This document shows, piece after piece, positions 57,481 to 62,000 of a stretch of 62,000 nucleotides of DNA. The stretch is from Lama guanicoe (Eukaryota): positions 13,251,950 to 13,313,949 of the forward strand of contig MU054323.1 in assembly GCA_013239625.1 (NCBI GenBank), in the 5' to 3' direction. Position 1 is the first letter of the stretch; every line of letters starts with the position of its first letter. The notes beneath the pieces are model-generated. The model had not been told where the DNA came from. It did not search any database and was given only the letters and a program-made list of their open reading frames with translations. Both the position numbers and the translations under genes were made by a program.

Positions 57481-57951
57481 AGGGAGCACATCCGGTGGTA
57501 AATGCTTTGCTAACCATTTGGTTTTCTGTGTAACAGTTATTTGAGACTAATTTGAGGCTTTTTATATCCTTTTACCCCAGACAATTTAGGGTCCGTTGAT
57601 GAGATTTTGTTCCCAATTTTTAGTATTTGAAAACATTAAAAAATTTAAAACTTTCCTAAGTCTCATTGTTTGGAGGAAAGTCCTGCGCTTGGCACTTGTC
57701 AGTCATCTGTAGAGATGATAGTCCCTACTTTGGAGGATTTCTTTTCCGTAAGCTTTAGTGTCCTTTTTTCTGCCACTCTCACTGACAGCGTATTTTTAAA
57801 TTAGTATAATTAAATTTGTACAGTTTACATAGCACTGTACATAATACCACATAATGTACATAATACTATTTGGCATTATGCTTACAGTTTTTTAAAAATT
57901 TGTGAATCTTCATGTCCATTTGACTCTTTTTTCTATTAAGTGGTTTCATTA

Positions 57952-58210
57952 GGAGAAGGGAGTGGGAAGGGATAAATTGGGAGTTTGAGATTTGCAGATA
58001 CTAACTACTCTATATAAAATAGATAAACAACAAGTTTATACCGTATAGCACAGGGAACTATATTCAATATCTTACAATAACCTATGATGAAAAAGAATAT
58101 GAAAAGGAATATATGTATGTATATATATATGACTGAAATATACTGTACATGAGGAATTAACACAACATTGTAAACTGACTATGCTTCAATTAAATAATTA
58201 ATTTTAAAAA
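57952..58210 (+). mobile_element. L1 3' tail (cetartiodactyl/camelid type)
   Basis: gggaagggataaattgggagtttgagatttgcagatactaactac...gtatagcacagggaactatattcaatatctt...acaacattgtaaactgactatgcttcaat. Confidence 0.88.
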
Positions 58211-58959
58211 TCTACACACACAAAAGAATTAAGAATTGCCATTTTGACCCTATATTCTGCAGAGATTTGATGCCAGTTCACTTTCTGCTTCTTTCACTGA
58301 CTAAATAGTGAACTTGCTGAAACCATTAATGGCCTCTTTGTATTCATGCCTTGGAAAGTGGATCTTACTGACTGATGCTTCTCCTTGATTTATGAATTAG
58401 AACAGAAATTATTTGGGCCAGAAACAGGTAAAATGTTAGCAGGTGTTGTCTAGGGGATCACGCTTTTTCCTACTGTTTAGTTCAAGGCATACGATCCTTC
58501 GTTCTCAATAGTTTATTGTCCACTTTCAAAATATCTCGCCCTTAATGCTTTTTGGCAACTTGTGCTGGCTCTTCTGTTAACGTAGCTTCTTCTTTCAAGT
58601 TGTGGATTTCGGAGCTCTCTTGAGAGCCACTTTCATCATTCAACACTGTATTCCTTGGACCTCACATTCAGCCTGGAGCTGCTGCCCACGCGGTCCCCAC
58701 CTCTGAGGACTATTTCATCACCCTGGGTTCTGGCCAGTTCCAACTGCCTGCTTTCAACCAGAACCTTTCTTGAAGGAAGTCAGCATGTCAGGTCCTCAAT
58801 TTACAGGCTTCACTTGACTCACAAAGAACTTGAATCAGCCTGATTCAAACCTGACTGGAACCATCCCCCAAATAAAATCCTCTAATATGTAATTGCTTTA
58901 AAGTACATTCAGTAACTCTGATATGAAGATTGTATTTCCCTGAATTTAGGCAGAATGTC

Positions 58960-59070
58960 AGCTCTGTGAGCTCCCTGAAGCTTAGTTTCAGGATCTGTAA
59001 AATGGGGATCAAAATACTTTCTTCATAGGGTTTATTGTCAGAATTAAATGTGATGTCAAGCACTTTGCAA
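58960..59070 (+). mobile_element. MIR SINE core
   Basis: cttagtttcaggatctgtaaaatggggatcaaaatactttcttcatagggtttattgtcagaattaaatg. Confidence 0.75.
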
Positions 59071-60104
59071 GGACCCAAGAAATGTTACAGTCCTCCTTCC
59101 CCCATCCCTCATACCTCCGTTTTATTTCCCTTGTGCTGAAATGGAAGAAACGCAGTAGTAACTGATACTTCTTAAAGTAAGTTACTTGTCAAGTTTCTGT
59201 GGATAACTACCTTCTCTTTGGCTTTCTTTGAGCTCATCTCATATAGTTTTTAATTTTTCTTTCGTCAGAGGAGCTTTCTTTTATGAATTTAAGTAATCTT
59301 AACCTTATAGTTTCTTTCCAGCTTCTGACTGTTTCTGTTTTACTGGCATATACTTCTTGAGAGTCGTAGTTCTCTGCAGGATCACTGATGACTCCTAGCA
59401 CATGTTTCAGCTCCACGGGACTGCCGTCCCCATTCTTTACTTCATTGTCTGTGTTCTCCTTGGCAAGACACAGTATCTGTCACCTGACAGATGTGTGCAG
59501 TTAGCCTTCTTTGAGTTTATTGCCTCGCTTTACAGTTGAGTCTGTGACAGACCGTGTGACCCAGAGCACAAATTTCCGAGATTTTAATCGAAGTAGTACG
59601 GGCCTCTTTGTCAGCCCGGGTTTCAGTTTATGATGACTTTGTGACTCCCATTTGGGTTTTCTAACTGTAGTAGGTCTTTGGCACTGGAAGAACTTAGTGC
59701 CACTCAATCCACTTGACAACTGGTCAGCCACAGCCTTAGCCAAAGCCAGGCGCAGAAAACTTGCAGAATAAACATGGAGAGCATCTAGTTCTAAGAGTTC
59801 TTTTCACCCTAGGATTTCTTTTGAGATTTTAAGATCCATTGTTAACCTTTATGGGATATATGAATATTCCTAGACTTAACGTAAAACAAGACTTTCATCC
59901 TGCATTTATTCTTCTTATATAAGATGGCAACTTAGCTCAAGGTCTGCCTTTTGCAAACATACTATAAAGTGTGCAAACATCAGCCTTATCCCTAAAATGT
60001 TATGTGCTAAAGGAATCTTCTAGTCAGTCAATAAGTAATTATTGAGCACTTGCCTACGTGTGTTTCTGCTAGATGCCAGAGAAGATTTGAAGTTGTAAAG
60101 AAGC

Positions 60105-60583
60105 AAAACAAAACAGGGTAGAATGGTGAATATAGGGGCATGGGGCATGGAGTACTGGGGAGATGGTATTGAAGGTTACAGACTTGAAACTAGTAGGTAA
60201 GCCCTGGAGATGTAATGTACAGCTTAATGATTATAGTCCATAATACTGTATTATAAACCTCAAAGTTGCTGAGACTAGATCTTAATTGTTCTCACCATAA
60301 AAGAAATGATAGTTGTGTGACCTGATAGAGATGCTAGCTAATGCTGCAGTTAATCATTTTGCAATATGTGTATCAAATCATCCCTTAACCTTACACGATG
60401 TTATTTTTATTAAAGTCTACTTGATTTACCATACTATGTAGCAATAGTATAGCATATTCTCCATTTAAAGTTATTATAAAGTAATGGCTGTATTTCCCTG
60501 TGCTGTGCAGTGTATCCTTGTTGCTTAACTTACACATTGTTATAATGTCAATTATATCTCAACAGAAAAACAAAAACAAAAAA
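60105..60583 (+). mobile_element. L1MA9-like 3'UTR carrying a nested antisense L1 tail (about 60405-60528)
   Basis: gccctggagatgtaatgtacagc...aagttgctgagactagatcttaattgttctcacca...tgtcaattatatctcaacagaaaaa; inner insert flanked by cttacacgatgttat / cttacacattgttat. Confidence 0.75.
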
Positions 60584-61779
60584 GCTACTTTTGAAGGCAG
60601 GAAATATGCCTGTGTGGGGAGACTAGTTACTGTAATAAACTACAACTTCTCTTTGTATAGTTTACAATCATCCCTTTAGTACAGACATAGAATTTGATTC
60701 CCAAATAGATTAATGGGCTCACTCATGCTCATAGGCAGGTAGTAAATGGGAGAGATGGGACACGTTCCCAGGTCTTAAAGCTTCAAAGGTAGTATTGTAT
60801 TTTGTTTTATATAATATCTCGTATCTCTCATGTACACTGAAGAAAATAAGCAAACCAATGTAATTAAGATAATAAGGAAAATAAAAGTCCATAGAAAGGA
60901 GATATCCATGTGGGTTGGAGTCATTCGTCCCTTGCAAGCGGCAATGTTTATGCCTCAGGGATTCTAGAGTCGAAGATGACGGGCTTGCACTCAGAGCCCC
61001 AGGTGAGTGTTGATGAAAGATGAAGTGTTCTTTTGGAAAGGTAAGATAGGAAGCTGGTGACTAGGTGGGATTAGCGGACTGACTTTCTGAGATCATCTTT
61101 GAATCTTTATCTGGGATATACGTAACATTGGCTCTTTTCCAATTCTGAAAAGCAGTGATGAGTCTTTGAGGAATGTACAACATATTTTTGTAGGCAGCTG
61201 TGCTACTGCAGATTTTTAACTTGGTCAGAATTGGCAGAAGAGCGTGAGGTCTTGAGGACTCACTATACTTCAGTTGCAGGCAAGGCAGTTCTTTGTACTG
61301 GCCCAGCCCGCATCTGTCTCTCATTTGACCACGTGTGCTTTTCTGTCAAATATGTTCTCCTGTCATCTTTAGTGTAAAGACTATATATAAAGAATAGTTG
61401 AGGGATAATTGAAGCAATGTTTGGGTGGAGAGTAATCCTGTATTTTCATGTAGCTATAGTGATCAAATAAGATGTCTTCTTCCCGTATCAAATGATGCTC
61501 ACGCACTGAAGTCTGTTGGTCGCTAAGGAATTACATGAGGCTGAATGACCTCAGAAAAATGACTGTTTCACCCTGCTGACAGATTCATCTCCTTGGACGT
61601 AAAGGAAGTAAACTCTTGTTCTGAACTCAATTCTGACCAACCCCAAGGAGCCCATAGGTGCAGGGTAAGAGGGCAGCCCTGGTAACCCTTACAACCTTAG
61701 GGGTCATGCCCACGAGGGAGAGGCTTCAGGCAGCGTGCTGTGTTCCCAGGATATTAGGAAGGAAAATTTCAGAAGGGTT

Positions 61780-62000
61780 CCTGACCCAGATGAATTACAT
61801 CCCAAGGCAATGAGAGAATTTACAGGTGGGATTGCTGGCCAGCTGGGATTCATCTTTGTGAAATTGTGAAGAATGGAAAGTTGCCAGGGAGTTGGAGAGA
61901 GATTAATGTCCTCATTTCCCCTAAAAGAGGAAAAAAGGTGGAGTTCAGGAACTAACGATCATTGAACTTCATGTTGATCTTGACAAAGAACTGTAGACTG
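61780..62000 (+). mobile_element. CR1/L3 ORF2 (reverse transcriptase N-terminal region) remnant, runs off the window
   Basis: Translates PDPDELHPKAMREFTGGIAGQLGFIFVKL*RM...LPGSWREINV...KRGKKVEFRN*RSL, with stops and frameshifts, resembling CR1 GPDxLHPRVL...PLSIIFEKSW...W..ANV.PIFKKG...NYRP. Confidence 0.75.

Noticed and set aside
54814..62000. Next LTBP1 cbEGF exon (expected to begin DVDEC)
   Set aside because: No matching exon found by eye; it presumably lies beyond the window
1..62000. CRISPR array, prokaryotic operon, viral gene, NUMT, processed pseudogene or snoRNA
   Set aside because: No repeat-spacer periodicity, no long coding ORFs beyond the LTBP1 exons, and nothing recognisable as these classes; an Rfam/BLAST scan would be needed to exclude small RNAs fully

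Overview
Mammalian genomic DNA lying entirely inside the LTBP1 gene (latent TGF-beta binding protein 1) on the + strand. tRNA-Ala-derived SINEs of the Vic-1 type point to a camelid. Twelve internal coding exons were read by hand. All have canonical AG/GT boundaries, and they splice into one stop-free frame of 1411 nt (470 codons + 1 nt). They encode the end of the hybrid domain, a cbEGF, the first TB/8-Cys domain, the proline-rich protease-sensitive hinge and four cbEGF repeats. Neither the start nor the end of the gene is in the window. The rest is intron filled with L1, L2, CR1/L3, MIR, MaLR/ERVL solo LTRs and hAT/Tigger MITEs. Repeat subfamily names come from recalled consensus sequences, and many boundaries are approximate. 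I found no novel multi-gene system. The most interesting structure is the splicing architecture of the hinge: an internal acceptor removing exactly 53 aa, a candidate in-frame 75-nt exitron in the same exon, a frame-coupled 23-nt microexon and a NAGNAG acceptor. There are also several small insertion or repair scars.
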